A DNA stretch of 64,000 nucleotides from contig JBDRXL010000001.1 in NCBI GenBank assembly GCA_039802865.1, positions 1,723 to 65,722 of the forward strand, in the 5' to 3' direction. The position numbers and the translations under genes are program-made. Positions 9,325 through 19,423 of the stretch are shown piece after piece. The notes below the pieces were generated by a model. The model saw nothing but the letters and a program-made list of their open reading frames with translations, made no database searches and was not told the origin of the DNA. Each line of letters starts with the position of its first letter. Within the stretch, counting starts at the first letter, position 1. Source of the stretch: a candidate division WOR-3 bacterium (GTDB lineage: Bacteria > Hydrothermota > Hydrothermia > LBFQ01 > DSFT01).

Positions 9325-10141
9325 TTTTACTATTTAATATCAAAAATAAATTTTCACTTTCAAAATGTAAAATTCTTGAAATATAACCATCTAAAATTTT
9401 ATGAAATTCACCATCTTTATATTCAAATAATCCATTTGAAGTTCCTATAAATAGCTTATCACTTGAATAAATATCAGTTATATAATCTTCTGAAAATTCA
9501 AATACTTTTATTATTCTATCTTGATAAAAAAATCCAACTTTACTTTTTGAAAATGGCTCTGAAAAGCCAATGATTATTGTATCCTTATAAATTGAAATGG
9601 ATTTTATAAAATTAGAAGGTAATTTTCCAAGTATAAAGTGTTTAACTTTTGAATTTTCAATAATATACAATCCATAGCCATTTGTCCCAATAATAAGCTT
9701 GTTTTTATAAAATTTATAAGTTTCTATTTCTGAAATTTTAATAGTATCATTATTTCTAAAAATTCCATTTTTAAACAAATAAAAACCATTTACATAACCT
9801 ATTATTCCATCCTTTTCTTTAAATTGAATAAAACTTTTTCCATCATAAAAATAAATTTTGCTTTTTGAAATTAAAAATAAACTATCATTGCTTATTGAAA
9901 ATTTTCCATAAAAATTATAACTATTTATCTTTCTTAAATTTTTATCATATTCAAATATCCCACAACTTAATGTTAAAATAATGAATTTTTCTTTATAATA
10001 AATCCCATCTACAAAAGAGCTATCACAAGATGAAAATGATGTTAATTTTTTATTTGCAATTTCTTTGGATTTCTGACACGATAGAATTTGCAATAGTCCG
10101 AGATAAATTATCAACATAAAGTAAGTCTTCAAGTGTTTCAT
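9302..10141 (-). CDS. Lipoprotein of unknown function
   Basis: Lipobox LLQILSC. Its 5' end overlaps the 3' end of dxr in another frame, so the true start may be the internal Met near 10117. Confidence 0.45.
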   Translation of the reverse strand: MKHLKTYFMLIIYLGLLQILSCQKSKEIANKKLTSFSSCDSSFVDGIYYKEKFIILTLSCGIFEYDKNLRKINSYNFYGKFSISNDSLFLISKSKIYFYDGKSFIQFKEKDGIIGYVNGFYLFKNGIFRNNDTIKISEIETYKFYKNKLIIGTNGYGLYIIENSKVKHFILGKLPSNFIKSISIYKDTIIIGFSEPFSKSKVGFFYQDRIIKVFEFSEDYITDIYSSDKLFIGTSNGLFEYKDGEFHKILDGYISRILHFESENLFLILNSKIKKLKLS

Positions 10142-11192
10142 CTTTTATATCCTCCTTTTGAATTCTATTTAAAGTTTCTTCAACAACTTTAAAAATATCT
10201 CTAAACTTAATTTTCCCTTCTAAAAAACTATAAACTGCAATTTCATTTGAAGCATTCATAATTGTAGGATAATATGATAATTTTTCTAAACAAAAATAAG
10301 CAATTTTTAAAGATGGGAATTTTTCAAAATCTGGTTTTAAAAATGTTAATTTTTCAAAATCATAGGGATGTGTAATAGTTGATGGTTTTTCAAGTCTTTG
10401 AGGATAACTTAAAGCATAAGCAATAGGTATTCTCATATCTGGAAATCCTAAATGTGCCAATAATGAACCATCTTTTAATTGAACAAATGAATGAATTATA
10501 CTTTGGGGATGAATTACAACATCTATGTTTTTAGTATCAAATAAATAATAGGCTTCAATAATTTCAAGAGCTTTATTAAATAAAGTTGCAGAATCAATAG
10601 TAATTTTCTTACCCATTTTCCATGTAGGATGCTTTAAAGCATCTTCAACACTAACATTTTCCATCTCTTCAATTGTTAAGTTCAAAAATGGACCTCCTGA
10701 TGCAGTTAAAATAATTCTTTCAAATTCTTCTTTATATGGATTTATAAGTTGAAAAATAGCAGAATGTTCAGAATCAACAGGTATTATAATAGAATTTGAA
10801 TTTTTTAAATGATTTTTTACTATTTTTCCAAATGAAACAAGAACTTCCTTATTAGCAAGAGCTATATTTATATTATTTTTTATTGCCTTTAAAACAGGAA
10901 ATATAGAAAATGTTCCAGTCGTAGAAACAAATAATAAATCTATATTCTCTATAAGCTCTAAAATTTCATCCTTTCCTTTATAAATTTTAAATTCCTCACT
11001 CTTAATATCTAAATTCTCATTTATAAATCCAACTTTTTTAACATTAAATTCCTTTGCAATTTCAAATAATTTCTCATAATTTGAATAAGAAACCAAAAAT
11101 TCAATTTTATATAAATTTTTAAACTTTCTAATTACTTCAATTGTTTGAATGCCTATTGAACCAGTAGCTCCAATTATACCTATTCTTTTCAT
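10050..11192 (-). CDS. dxr: 1-deoxy-D-xylulose 5-phosphate reductoisomerase
   Basis: N-terminal NADPH-binding fold IGIIGATGSIG and conserved Dxr core. About 380 aa. Confidence 0.85.
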   Translation of the reverse strand: MKRIGIIGATGSIGIQTIEVIRKFKNLYKIEFLVSYSNYEKLFEIAKEFNVKKVGFINENLDIKSEEFKIYKGKDEILELIENIDLLFVSTTGTFSIFPVLKAIKNNINIALANKEVLVSFGKIVKNHLKNSNSIIIPVDSEHSAIFQLINPYKEEFERIILTASGGPFLNLTIEEMENVSVEDALKHPTWKMGKKITIDSATLFNKALEIIEAYYLFDTKNIDVVIHPQSIIHSFVQLKDGSLLAHLGFPDMRIPIAYALSYPQRLEKPSTITHPYDFEKLTFLKPDFEKFPSLKIAYFCLEKLSYYPTIMNASNEIAVYSFLEGKIKFRDIFKVVEETLNRIQKEDIKDETLEDLLYVDNLSRTIANSIVSEIQRNCK

Positions 11193-11194
11193 AT

Positions 11195-11212
11195 TTTAAA
11201 AAATTTTAAAAG
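11195..11212 (-). promoter_or_regulatory. Promoter-like motif TTTTAAAATTTTTTAAAAT directly upstream of the dxr start
   Basis: A variant of the recurrent palindromic motif, located 2 nt before the start codon. Confidence 0.3.
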
Positions 11213-11918
11213 CATAATAAATACCAATTTTAAATTCCTTTTCATTTATTATAAAATCCCCTCTGATATTATTATAAGATACTGAAAATCCATAAATCAT
11301 ATTATAATCCTTTGTTTTTAAGTTTTGCCATACTCCACCCCTTAACATCAAATATTCCCTATATATAAAAAATTCAACATTACTAAATGCATAAAATGTA
11401 GTATCTATATTTGAAATTCCAAATGTTAAAAATCTATAAATTGTTGGTTCATATGAAATAGCTAAAATTCCATTAAATGTATTTCTATACTCTCCATAAA
11501 ATCTAAAACTTGCTTGCTCAAATGAAGCAATTTTAAAAAATCCCCTTATTTCAAAACTATCTTTAATATATCCAACTGAAAGCTTTATTTGATGTTTATC
11601 GAAAATACTAAAATTAGAGCCAACATTAAAATTAATTTTATCTCCAATATAAAATCCATTAAAACCAACATCAATTTTATTAAATTTATAACCCAAACCC
11701 AATCCATATATTGTATCAAAATAAAAACTATAAACAAAGTTTTCTAAAATGGGGAATGTAAAATAGGCTTTTTTATAAGTTATATCAAATTGCAAAGCAT
11801 TATAAAATAATATTTGAGATGCTGGGAAATAGAACCTTTCACTTTCATCAGATATAATTTTATTAAAAAATCCTAAGCCTTCTTGTCTTATAAGAGTTGA
11901 TATTAAAAAGTGTAGCAT
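11196..11918 (-). CDS. Hypothetical protein, possibly an outer-membrane beta-barrel
   Basis: Alternating aromatic/hydrophobic beta-strand pattern and a C-terminal ...YYAFKIF ending in Phe. No clear signal peptide in the annotated N-terminus. Confidence 0.3.
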   Translation of the reverse strand: MLHFLISTLIRQEGLGFFNKIISDESERFYFPASQILFYNALQFDITYKKAYFTFPILENFVYSFYFDTIYGLGLGYKFNKIDVGFNGFYIGDKINFNVGSNFSIFDKHQIKLSVGYIKDSFEIRGFFKIASFEQASFRFYGEYRNTFNGILAISYEPTIYRFLTFGISNIDTTFYAFSNVEFFIYREYLMLRGGVWQNLKTKDYNMIYGFSVSYNNIRGDFIINEKEFKIGIYYAFKIF

Positions 11919-11959
11919 AGTTGAAAGTTTAAAGGAATAACAATTTAACCATTAAACTT

Positions 11960-12955
11960 TTGGCTATGAAAATAAGAGAACTTGAACTTATCAATTTTAA
12001 AAAATTCTCCCACTTAAAAATTCAATTCTCTGAAAATATCAATTTAATTATAGGTAAAAATAGAGCTGGAAAAACTACTATTATTGAAGCAATTAGTTAT
12101 ATTTCTATTCCTCGCTCTTTTAGAAATGTAAAGGATGAATACTTAATTAAGTTTAATGAGAATGGATTTTCAGTAAAAGCAATATTTTCTAACTTAACAG
12201 AACATTATGTTTTAATAACTTATAAGAAAAATGGATTTAAGATAATAACACTTGACAATAAAAGAGTTAAGACATTTTTAAAGCTTTTTGAAAAATTTCC
12301 AGTTTTAACATTCCATTCAAATAATTACAATATAATAGAACAATCCCCAGAAATAAGAAGAAAATTTTTTGATTGGTTCTTTTCTATATTGGATTATGAA
12401 TATTTTGTAAGTCTTTATAAATATAAGAAAATTTTAGAACAAAAAAATAAAGCCTTAAAACTAAAAAGTGATGTTTTAATATGGAATAGACAATTAAAAG
12501 AAGTTTCAAATTACATAATCAAAAAAAGGGAAGAATACATTGAAAAATTAAATTCTATTATAAAAGAACAAGACCAAAATATAAAAATTGAATATGTAAA
12601 TTCTTTAAAAGATAAAACATTTGAAAGTGTTTTAGAATTTGAGATAAAAAGAGGATTTAGTATAATAGGACCTCACAGAGATGATTATAAGTTTTATTAT
12701 AAAAACTATGATTCAAAGTTTTTTTCATCAGAGGGTGAAAAAAGGAAAATTTTCTTAGAGCTTTCGCTTGCTATGATAAAATTAAGTAAAATTATTAAAA
12801 ATGAAGAACCTATTATAATGTTTGATGACCCATTTAGTGTTTTAGATGAAAATGAACTAATTGATTTATTAAATAAAATTGAAAAATTAAACTTACAAGT
12901 AATAATAACCTCTATAAGACCAATTAAAATTAATGCCCATATTATTAACCTTTAA
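11960..12955 (+). CDS. RecF-family ATPase, copy 1
   Basis: Walker A GKNRAGKTTIIEAISY near the N-terminus, signature-like SEGEKRKIF, and Walker B/D-loop IIMFDDPFSVLDE near the C-terminus. Confidence 0.65.
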   Translation: MAMKIRELELINFKKFSHLKIQFSENINLIIGKNRAGKTTIIEAISYISIPRSFRNVKDEYLIKFNENGFSVKAIFSNLTEHYVLITYKKNGFKIITLDNKRVKTFLKLFEKFPVLTFHSNNYNIIEQSPEIRRKFFDWFFSILDYEYFVSLYKYKKILEQKNKALKLKSDVLIWNRQLKEVSNYIIKKREEYIEKLNSIIKEQDQNIKIEYVNSLKDKTFESVLEFEIKRGFSIIGPHRDDYKFYYKNYDSKFFSSEGEKRKIFLELSLAMIKLSKIIKNEEPIIMFDDPFSVLDENELIDLLNKIEKLNLQVIITSIRPIKINAHIINL

Positions 12956-12963
12956 AATTTTCA
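12949..12963 (+). promoter_or_regulatory. Promoter-like motif CCTTTAAAATTTTCA located 2 nt upstream of the ATG of recF-like copy 2
   Basis: A recurrent motif that overlaps the stop codon of copy 1. Confidence 0.4.
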
Positions 12964-12965
12964 GT

Positions 12966-13970
12966 ATGAGGATAAAAGAGCTTGAGCTTATAAACTTTAA
13001 AAAGTTTAGTTATATAAAGTTAAACTTCCATGATGGAATAAACTTCATTATTGGTAAAAATGGAACTGGAAAGACCACCATTATTGAGGCAATTAGCTAT
13101 ATCTCTACTCCTAAATCTTTTAGGAAAGTAAAAGACGAACACCTAATTAAGTTTAATGAGAATGGATTTTCAATAAAAGCAAAAATCCAAAATCTAATTG
13201 AAAATGACATACTTATAACATATCAAAAAGGAGGATTAAAAACTATAACTTTAAATGGTAAAAAAGTTAAATTGTTTTCACATCTTATTAAAGAATTTCC
13301 AATTTTAACATTTTACACAAATAACTATACTTTAATTGACCAAACTCCAAGTATGAGAAGAAAATTTTTTGATTGGTTCTTCTCTACTCTAAACTATGAA
13401 TATTATTCAAATCTTTATAAATATAGAAAGATATTATTGCAAAAAAATGAAGCATTAAAACAAAAAGGTGATGTATCCGTCTGGAATAAACAATTAGAAC
13501 AATATGCACAATACCTTATAAAAATGCGTGAAGAATATATTAAAAAGTTAAATAGCCTTATAAATGAAATAGATAAGGATGTTAAAATGGATTATTACAA
13601 TTCCTTAAAAGATAAATCTTTTGATGAATTTTTAGAAGTGGAGATGGAAAAGGGATTTAGTATAGTAGGTCCTCATAGAGATGATTATAATTTCTATTAT
13701 AAGGAGCATAATGCGAAAATTTTTGCTTCAGAAGGTGAAAGAAGAAAAATTTTCCTTGATCTTGCAATTGCTATGATTAAATTAATTAAATCTACAAAAG
13801 ATATAGAACCTATTGTAATTTTTGATGATCCTTTTAATGTTTTAGATGAATATAAACTTCAATCATTTTTTGATAGTGTTAAAGATATGAACTTACAATT
13901 TATAATTACATCTGTAAAACCTGTATCACATTTAAAAGGCCATGTTATAAATTTGAATACTTATATGTAA
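12966..13970 (+). CDS. RecF-family ATPase, copy 2 (tandem paralog, about 50% identical to copy 1)
   Basis: Same motif set as copy 1 (GKNGTGKTTIIEAISY, SEGERRKIF, IVIFDDPFNVLDE). Start chosen at the ATG 12966 (MRIKELELINF). Confidence 0.65.
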   Translation: MRIKELELINFKKFSYIKLNFHDGINFIIGKNGTGKTTIIEAISYISTPKSFRKVKDEHLIKFNENGFSIKAKIQNLIENDILITYQKGGLKTITLNGKKVKLFSHLIKEFPILTFYTNNYTLIDQTPSMRRKFFDWFFSTLNYEYYSNLYKYRKILLQKNEALKQKGDVSVWNKQLEQYAQYLIKMREEYIKKLNSLINEIDKDVKMDYYNSLKDKSFDEFLEVEMEKGFSIVGPHRDDYNFYYKEHNAKIFASEGERRKIFLDLAIAMIKLIKSTKDIEPIVIFDDPFNVLDEYKLQSFFDSVKDMNLQFIITSVKPVSHLKGHVINLNTYM

Positions 13971-13971
13971 T

Positions 13972-15156
13972 TTAGAATTCTAAATTCATTGACTTTAAAA
14001 CTAAATTCATCGTTTCTTCTGCCCTATTTCTCGCTTTTTGTGAGCCTTCATTTAATATATTCAAAATCTCATCTTCTTTAATTTTTTCTCTTTTTTCTCT
14101 TATTGGTTCTAAGAATTTATCCATCTTATTAAAAAGCTTTAATTTACAATCCACGCATCCAAGTTTTCCACTCTTACAATCATTATAAATTTCTTCTCTT
14201 TCTTCCTTATTGAAAATTTTTTGTAAATAATAAATTGGACAAATATCTGGTCTTCCTGGATCATTTTTTCTAATTTTTTGAGGGTCAGTATAGTATTTTC
14301 TTAATTTCTCTTTTATTGTATTACTATCATCAGAAATATAAATAGCATTATTATAGCTTTTACTCATTTTCCTTCCATCTATACCAAGAACTTTTGGAAA
14401 TTCCGTTAATAAAGGTTCTGGAATTGGGAAAATTTCTCCAAATATATTATTGAACTTTCTTGCCAATTCTCTTGTAAGTTCTAAATGTGATAATTGATCT
14501 TGACCAATTGGAACATAATTTGCTCTATAAATTAAAATATCTGAGCTTTGTAAAACTGGATAACCAAGAAATCCATAACTTATTTCTGCATTAACAGGTA
14601 TTTCTTCTAATTCTATTGAAGTTTTCATAAATTCCCTTAATAACTCTAAAAAATCTCCCTTTAATTTCCTATATATTTGATCTTTTATCTTCTGCTTATC
14701 TACTTCAATATCAAATGTTTTCATTATAAAATCCACATCACTTCTAATAATATGTTCAACTCTTTCTTCATCTATATTTAGATGAAATTTTGTTTCTATT
14801 CCCTTTTTTCTTAACTCTTCAACTTTCTCTTTATATGTAGGAACTCTAAATAATCTACTTATTGAGACTAACATTGATAAAATGATATGAAATTCTGAAT
14901 GTTGTTTAACTTTTGATTGAACAAATAAAACACTTTTCTTGGGGTCAATTCCTACACTTAACCAATCTTTTAAAACTTCAATAGTATTAGATTTTATTTC
15001 AAAAGCTATTTTTATATCATCTGTTAGAGCATGATAATCTGCAATGAAAAAATAACAATTATATTTATTTTGTAATTCTTTCCAATTTTCTAAAACACCT
15101 ACTAAATGTCCAATATGTAATTTACCTGTTGGGCGCATTCCAGAAAGCACTATCAT
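13972..15156 (-). CDS. trpS: Tryptophanyl-tRNA synthetase with a C-terminal Cys4 motif (C-x20-C-x6-C-x2-C)
   Basis: Class I HIGH-type motif GKLHIGH and KMSKS. Cys cluster ICP...[11 protein letters not shown]. Confidence 0.85.
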   Translation of the reverse strand: MIVLSGMRPTGKLHIGHLVGVLENWKELQNKYNCYFFIADYHALTDDIKIAFEIKSNTIEVLKDWLSVGIDPKKSVLFVQSKVKQHSEFHIILSMLVSISRLFRVPTYKEKVEELRKKGIETKFHLNIDEERVEHIIRSDVDFIMKTFDIEVDKQKIKDQIYRKLKGDFLELLREFMKTSIELEEIPVNAEISYGFLGYPVLQSSDILIYRANYVPIGQDQLSHLELTRELARKFNNIFGEIFPIPEPLLTEFPKVLGIDGRKMSKSYNNAIYISDDSNTIKEKLRKYYTDPQKIRKNDPGRPDICPIYYLQKIFNKEEREEIYNDCKSGKLGCVDCKLKLFNKMDKFLEPIREKREKIKEDEILNILNEGSQKARNRAEETMNLVLKSMNLEF

Positions 15157-16022
15157 ATTATATTTGTGCTCCCATCTAAAGAAATTATAATATTATCAAT
15201 TAATCTTGTTTTTCCAAAGAAAACCGCTAAGGCTATTAAAACTTCCCCTTTAATTTCGCTTATTGGTTTTAAATTTTTTGTATCAACAATTTGAATATAT
15301 TGAATTTTAGCAAGTGGTGCATTTTCTATTATAAATTTTTCCATCTCACTTATTATTTTATTACTATCTCTTTCACCATTTTCAATTAAATTTTTAGCAA
15401 GCATTAGAGATTTATATAAAACTGTTGCTTGTTTTCTTTCTTCTGGATTTAAATATACATTTCTTGAAGACATTGCAAGTCCATCAGATTCTCTAATAGT
15501 TGGTCCTGGAATAATTGTAATATCTAAATTTAAATCTCTTACCATTCTTTTAATTATGAAATATTGTTGTGCATCTTTTAAACCAAATACTGCAATATGA
15601 GGTTTTACAATATTAAATAATTTAAGAACAACTGTTGCAACTCCCCTAAAATGCCCTGGTCTAAACTTTCCACAAAGCTCTTCATCCAAATTTTTCACTT
15701 CAACATATGTTGAAAAATCTTCTAAATACATTTCTTTTTCATCAGGAACAAATACAATATCAACATTCTCCTTTTCACATAATTTTAAATCTCTTTCCAA
15801 ATCTCTTGGATATTCCTTAAAATCTTCATTAGGTCCAAATTGTAATGGATTTACAAAAATAGAAACTACTAAAATATGTGATTTTTTTCGTGCTATTCTA
15901 AATAATGATAAATGGCCTTCATGTAAATAACCCATAGTAGGAACAAATCCTATGGTTTTACCTTCCCTTCTATAAACTTCTGACAAATCCATCATTTCAC
16001 CTATGCTTTTAATAACTTTCAT
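15153..16022 (-). CDS. panC: Pantoate--beta-alanine ligase
   Basis: Motif [15 protein letters not shown] and typical ~285-aa length. Stop overlaps the trpS start. Confidence 0.85.
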   Translation of the reverse strand: MKVIKSIGEMMDLSEVYRREGKTIGFVPTMGYLHEGHLSLFRIARKKSHILVVSIFVNPLQFGPNEDFKEYPRDLERDLKLCEKENVDIVFVPDEKEMYLEDFSTYVEVKNLDEELCGKFRPGHFRGVATVVLKLFNIVKPHIAVFGLKDAQQYFIIKRMVRDLNLDITIIPGPTIRESDGLAMSSRNVYLNPEERKQATVLYKSLMLAKNLIENGERDSNKIISEMEKFIIENAPLAKIQYIQIVDTKNLKPISEIKGEVLIALAVFFGKTRLIDNIIISLDGSTNII

Positions 16023-17119
16023 ATCTCAAGTTCATAAGAATTTATAAATTCTATATTATTGTTCAAAAGTATGTTTTCTAATTGTGGTGGAATAAGATAA
16101 CTAATCAAAATTCTAAATTGCCTCCCACCTATCTCATTACACTTCTCTATAAATTTATTAACTTCTTTTTGACTTAATCTCGTTTTCGCTTCACCTATAA
16201 TTATAAATTCTTCTCCATCTCTTTTGCCCTTTCCATATATATTCACCTCTATATATTTTTTTCCTAATTTTATATATCCTCTTTTAAGTGGTTCAATTAT
16301 CTCAATGTTATATTTTTCTTTTAGAAGTTTTGGCAAATATCTGATTGCTCTATCTTCAAGTAAATATCCAAAATTATCACTTAATGTTTCAAGTTTTTTC
16401 CTTGTTTGTTTATTAACTTTTTCTGACCTTTCAAAAGCTTTTGTTAAGTTGTTTATTCTTTCAGTTAGTTCAATTAAAGCCTTTTCTAATCTATCTATCC
16501 TTTCACCTTGTTCTTTTGTTATTTGTCTTAGTTCATTTACTGCTTGTCTTAATTCACTTACTGCTTGTGTTAATTCCATTACCGCTTTTTCTAATTTTTC
16601 TATTCTTTCTCCATGTTCTTTTGTTATTTCTCTTAATTCATTTACAGACTTTGTTAAACTTTCAATAGCTTGCCATATTCTTTGAAATTCTTCATTCATT
16701 CTTTGCTCCATTCTATCCATTCTTTGATTGCTTTCCTTAATAGCTTGTCTTAATTCATTTACTGCATGTGTTAGCTCAATTATTTTCTCACTATGCTCTT
16801 TACTTACTTCTCTTAATTCACTAACTGCTTGTGCTAAAACATTTACTCTTTCAGTTAATTCAATCAAAGCTTTCTCTAATATATCTATCCTTTCACCCTG
16901 CTCCTTACTTACTTTGGTTAGCTCAATTAAGGCCTTTTCTAACCTGTCAAACCTTTCATTATGAGCTCTATTTCCCTCCCTAATTATATCCCATAGCTCT
17001 TGTATCATTCTCCTATTTTGCTCGATCTCCTCCTTTATTATGATTTCTACAATTTCTCTTATGGAATCTCTATATTCTTCTGGAAGTTTTTCTAATATCT
17101 TGTTTATTTTTTCTATCAT
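16019..17119 (-). CDS. Coiled-coil protein with 35-aa heptad repeats and a C-terminal PD-(D/E)XK-like domain (resembles the DUF3782-type family)
   Basis: Repeats of [32 protein letters not shown]. C-terminal ...LEDRAIRYL...IEVNIYGK...IIIGEAKTR. Recurrent promoter motif directly upstream. Confidence 0.55.
   Translation of the reverse strand: MIEKINKILEKLPEEYRDSIREIVEIIIKEEIEQNRRMIQELWDIIREGNRAHNERFDRLEKALIELTKVSKEQGERIDILEKALIELTERVNVLAQAVSELREVSKEHSEKIIELTHAVNELRQAIKESNQRMDRMEQRMNEEFQRIWQAIESLTKSVNELREITKEHGERIEKLEKAVMELTQAVSELRQAVNELRQITKEQGERIDRLEKALIELTERINNLTKAFERSEKVNKQTRKKLETLSDNFGYLLEDRAIRYLPKLLKEKYNIEIIEPLKRGYIKLGKKYIEVNIYGKGKRDGEEFIIIGEAKTRLSQKEVNKFIEKCNEIGGRQFRILISYLIPPQLENILLNNNIEFINSYELEI
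16430..16960. repeat. Imperfect ~105-bp tandem repeats in coding DNA (five or more units)
   Basis: Visible nucleotide-level repetition (ttgttcttttgttatttgtcttagttcatttactgcttgtcttaattcacttactgcttgtg...) matching the 35-aa protein repeats. Confidence 0.5.
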
Positions 17120-17121
17120 AA

Positions 17122-17136
17122 AGAAAATTTTAAAGC
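17122..17136 (-). promoter_or_regulatory. Promoter-like motif GCTTTAAAATTTTCT 3 nt upstream of the start of the coiled-coil gene
   Basis: Recurrent motif. Confidence 0.4.
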
Positions 17137-19403
17137 TTTATTTTCCAATTATAAATAGCATTTGAGACTACAAAGATATCAGAAAGAGCCATTGCAAAAG
17201 CAGAATATATTGGATGAAAAGAAATATAAAAACCTGCAAAAGGTATAAGAACGATATTATAGAAAAATGTCCAAAATAAATTCCATCTCATTTTACTACT
17301 TGCAATTTTAGAAATTTCAAAAGCTTTCAAAATTCCATCAATATCACTCTTAATAAGAATAATATCTCCACTCTCTTTTACAATATCAAGAGCATTTGAA
17401 ACTGCAATTGATAAATCTGCTTTTGAAAGAACAATAGCATCATTAATTCCATCTCCTATATATAACACTTTATGCCCCTTTTCCTTTAAATTTTCTACAA
17501 ATTTTAATTTATCAAATGGACTTAAATTTGAATAAAATTCTTCTATTCCAAGTTCATTACAAACCTTTTTAACATTCTCATAACTATCACCACTTAAAAC
17601 AATTATTTTATAATTCTTCTTTTTAAGAATATCTATTAACTTTTTAGCATTTTCTTTTATTACATCTTCAAAAACAAGCTCAAAAGCTCCATATCCTTCA
17701 ATATAATAACCAATATCAAAATTAACATTTAAATGTTCTCTTTCAAATAATTTCCTATTTCCTACAATTACTTTTCTATTATTCACAATTCCTCTAATCC
17801 CCTCCCCTCTTATATATTCAAATTCTTTAACCTCGTAAAATTCTCCATTATAATTATTCAAAATTGCTTTTGAGATAGGATGCTCATTCAATTTTTCAAT
17901 TGATGCTAAATAAATTAAATGCTCATAAGGTATATTACTTTTTAATGTTAATTTTCCTTCTGTAAGTGTTCCTGTTTTATCAAATATAATAATATCAATT
18001 TTATTAGCTCTTTCAAGAGAAGCGGAATTTTTAATAATTATACCATTTTTAAGAGCTTTATTAATACTAACTGCTATAACAAGTGGAATAGCAATTCCAA
18101 TTGCACAAGGACAAGCAATAACAAGAACAGATATTAATTTCAAAAGTGCAATCTCAAAATTAGCTTTTATAAACCAAAATATAAATACAATTATTGAAAA
18201 TATAACAACAGTTGGAGTAAATATCGCTGATACTCTATCCGCTAAACTTTCAAGAACTGATTTTTCCCTTTGAGCATACCTTGAAATTTTTAAAATCTCA
18301 TTAAATAATGTATTACTTCCAACTCTTAATGCTTTTACTTTCAAATATCCTTCTTTAAGAATAGTTCCTTGAAAAACTTCATCATTTTTAGATTTTTTAA
18401 CAGGTTTAAACTCTCCACTAAAAGCACTTTCATCAACATAACCTTCTCCCTCAATTATAACCCCATCAGCAGGAACTAAAAATCCTTCCTTTACTATAAA
18501 AATATCTCCTTCTTTTAAATCACTAATATCAATTTCTACTTCCTTATTATTATCCAAAATAATAACTTTTTTAGGCTTTTGAACATATAAATTTCTTAAA
18601 TTTTCAAAAACTTTAAATTTTGCCCTTTCTTCAAAAAATTTTCCAATTAAAATAACACTTATTATAATACCACTTGTTGCAAAATAAACGTGGTGAAAAG
18701 TTTGTGGATTTATAAAATGTAAAAATGAACCAAAGAATGCAGAAAGGGTTCCAAGGGATATTAATACATTCATATCTAAATTTTTAGCTTTTAAAGATTT
18801 TATAGCATTTTTTATAAAGTATAAACCAAAATAAAATTGAATAGGTATTGTAAGAATAAGTTGAATAATAGGATGTAAAGGCATTGAAAATTCATGTAAT
18901 AAGAGTGGAATTGAAAGAATTGAAGAAAATAAAGCCCTTCTTTTTATATCATTTAACTCTTTCTTCCTTTCTTCATATTCAATATCAAATGCACTTTTAC
19001 CCTCACTTAATAAATGAGCCTTATATCCAAGTTCTCTAATATCCCTTAAAATATCATTAATATCTTTTAATGGAGAAATTTCTAACTTTAAAACTTTGCT
19101 TTCAAAATCATAATAATAAGATAAAATAGAACTTTCATTTATTAAATAATTCTCTAAATTTTTATCAAACATTGGAATATAAATTTCAACATTTTTCGTT
19201 AAAATTTCATATCCTATGCTTGATAATTCTTGCTTTGCCTTTTTGAAATTAAAATTCTTTTCAAACTCAACAATTAGCAATTCACTTGCTAAATCCACAT
19301 CTACAAACTTCACATCTTCATAACTTTTAATTACATTTTTAACTGTTCTTGCACAATTTGAACAAGTCATACCTCTTACAGGAAGTTTTATTATTTTTGT
19401 CAT
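17130..19403 (-). CDS. copA: Copper/heavy-metal translocating P1B-type ATPase
   Basis: N-terminal HMA motif GMTCSNCA, TM CPC motif ACPCAIG, phosphorylation motif DKTGTLT, and GDGINDA. Confidence 0.85.
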   Translation of the reverse strand: MTKIIKLPVRGMTCSNCARTVKNVIKSYEDVKFVDVDLASELLIVEFEKNFNFKKAKQELSSIGYEILTKNVEIYIPMFDKNLENYLINESSILSYYYDFESKVLKLEISPLKDINDILRDIRELGYKAHLLSEGKSAFDIEYEERKKELNDIKRRALFSSILSIPLLLHEFSMPLHPIIQLILTIPIQFYFGLYFIKNAIKSLKAKNLDMNVLISLGTLSAFFGSFLHFINPQTFHHVYFATSGIIISVILIGKFFEERAKFKVFENLRNLYVQKPKKVIILDNNKEVEIDISDLKEGDIFIVKEGFLVPADGVIIEGEGYVDESAFSGEFKPVKKSKNDEVFQGTILKEGYLKVKALRVGSNTLFNEILKISRYAQREKSVLESLADRVSAIFTPTVVIFSIIVFIFWFIKANFEIALLKLISVLVIACPCAIGIAIPLVIAVSINKALKNGIIIKNSASLERANKIDIIIFDKTGTLTEGKLTLKSNIPYEHLIYLASIEKLNEHPISKAILNNYNGEFYEVKEFEYIRGEGIRGIVNNRKVIVGNRKLFEREHLNVNFDIGYYIEGYGAFELVFEDVIKENAKKLIDILKKKNYKIIVLSGDSYENVKKVCNELGIEEFYSNLSPFDKLKFVENLKEKGHKVLYIGDGINDAIVLSKADLSIAVSNALDIVKESGDIILIKSDIDGILKAFEISKIASSKMRWNLFWTFFYNIVLIPFAGFYISFHPIYSAFAMALSDIFVVSNAIYNWKIKL

Positions 19404-19423
19404 AGCTTTAAAATTTTAAAGTT
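19404..19423. promoter_or_regulatory. Perfect 16-bp palindrome CTTTAAAATTTTAAAG between the divergent copA and 19422 genes, placed 2-4 nt from both start codons
   Basis: Sequence is cat AGCTTTAAAATTTTAAAGTT g ATG. One palindrome serves both strands. Confidence 0.5.

Noticed and set aside
13969-13986. Perfect 18-bp palindrome AATTTAGAATTCTAAATT spanning the convergent stop codons of recF-like copy 2 and trpS
   Set aside because: I considered a bidirectional terminator, but the stem is A/T only and there is no U-tract. It may simply reflect the two opposed stop codons plus chance. It is not called as a terminator.
16430-16960. Regularly spaced repeats considered as a possible CRISPR array
   Set aside because: The repeats are ~105 bp, imperfect and in frame within a protein-coding gene, with no spacer/repeat alternation. 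No CRISPR array or cas genes are seen anywhere in the window.
16224-16964. Three plus-strand ORFs (153, 75 and 78 aa) with low-complexity Leu/Ser/Phe-rich products
   Set aside because: They are antisense to the 105-bp tandem-repeat region of the minus-strand coiled-coil gene. Their repetitive composition is a mirror of that gene, not independent coding.
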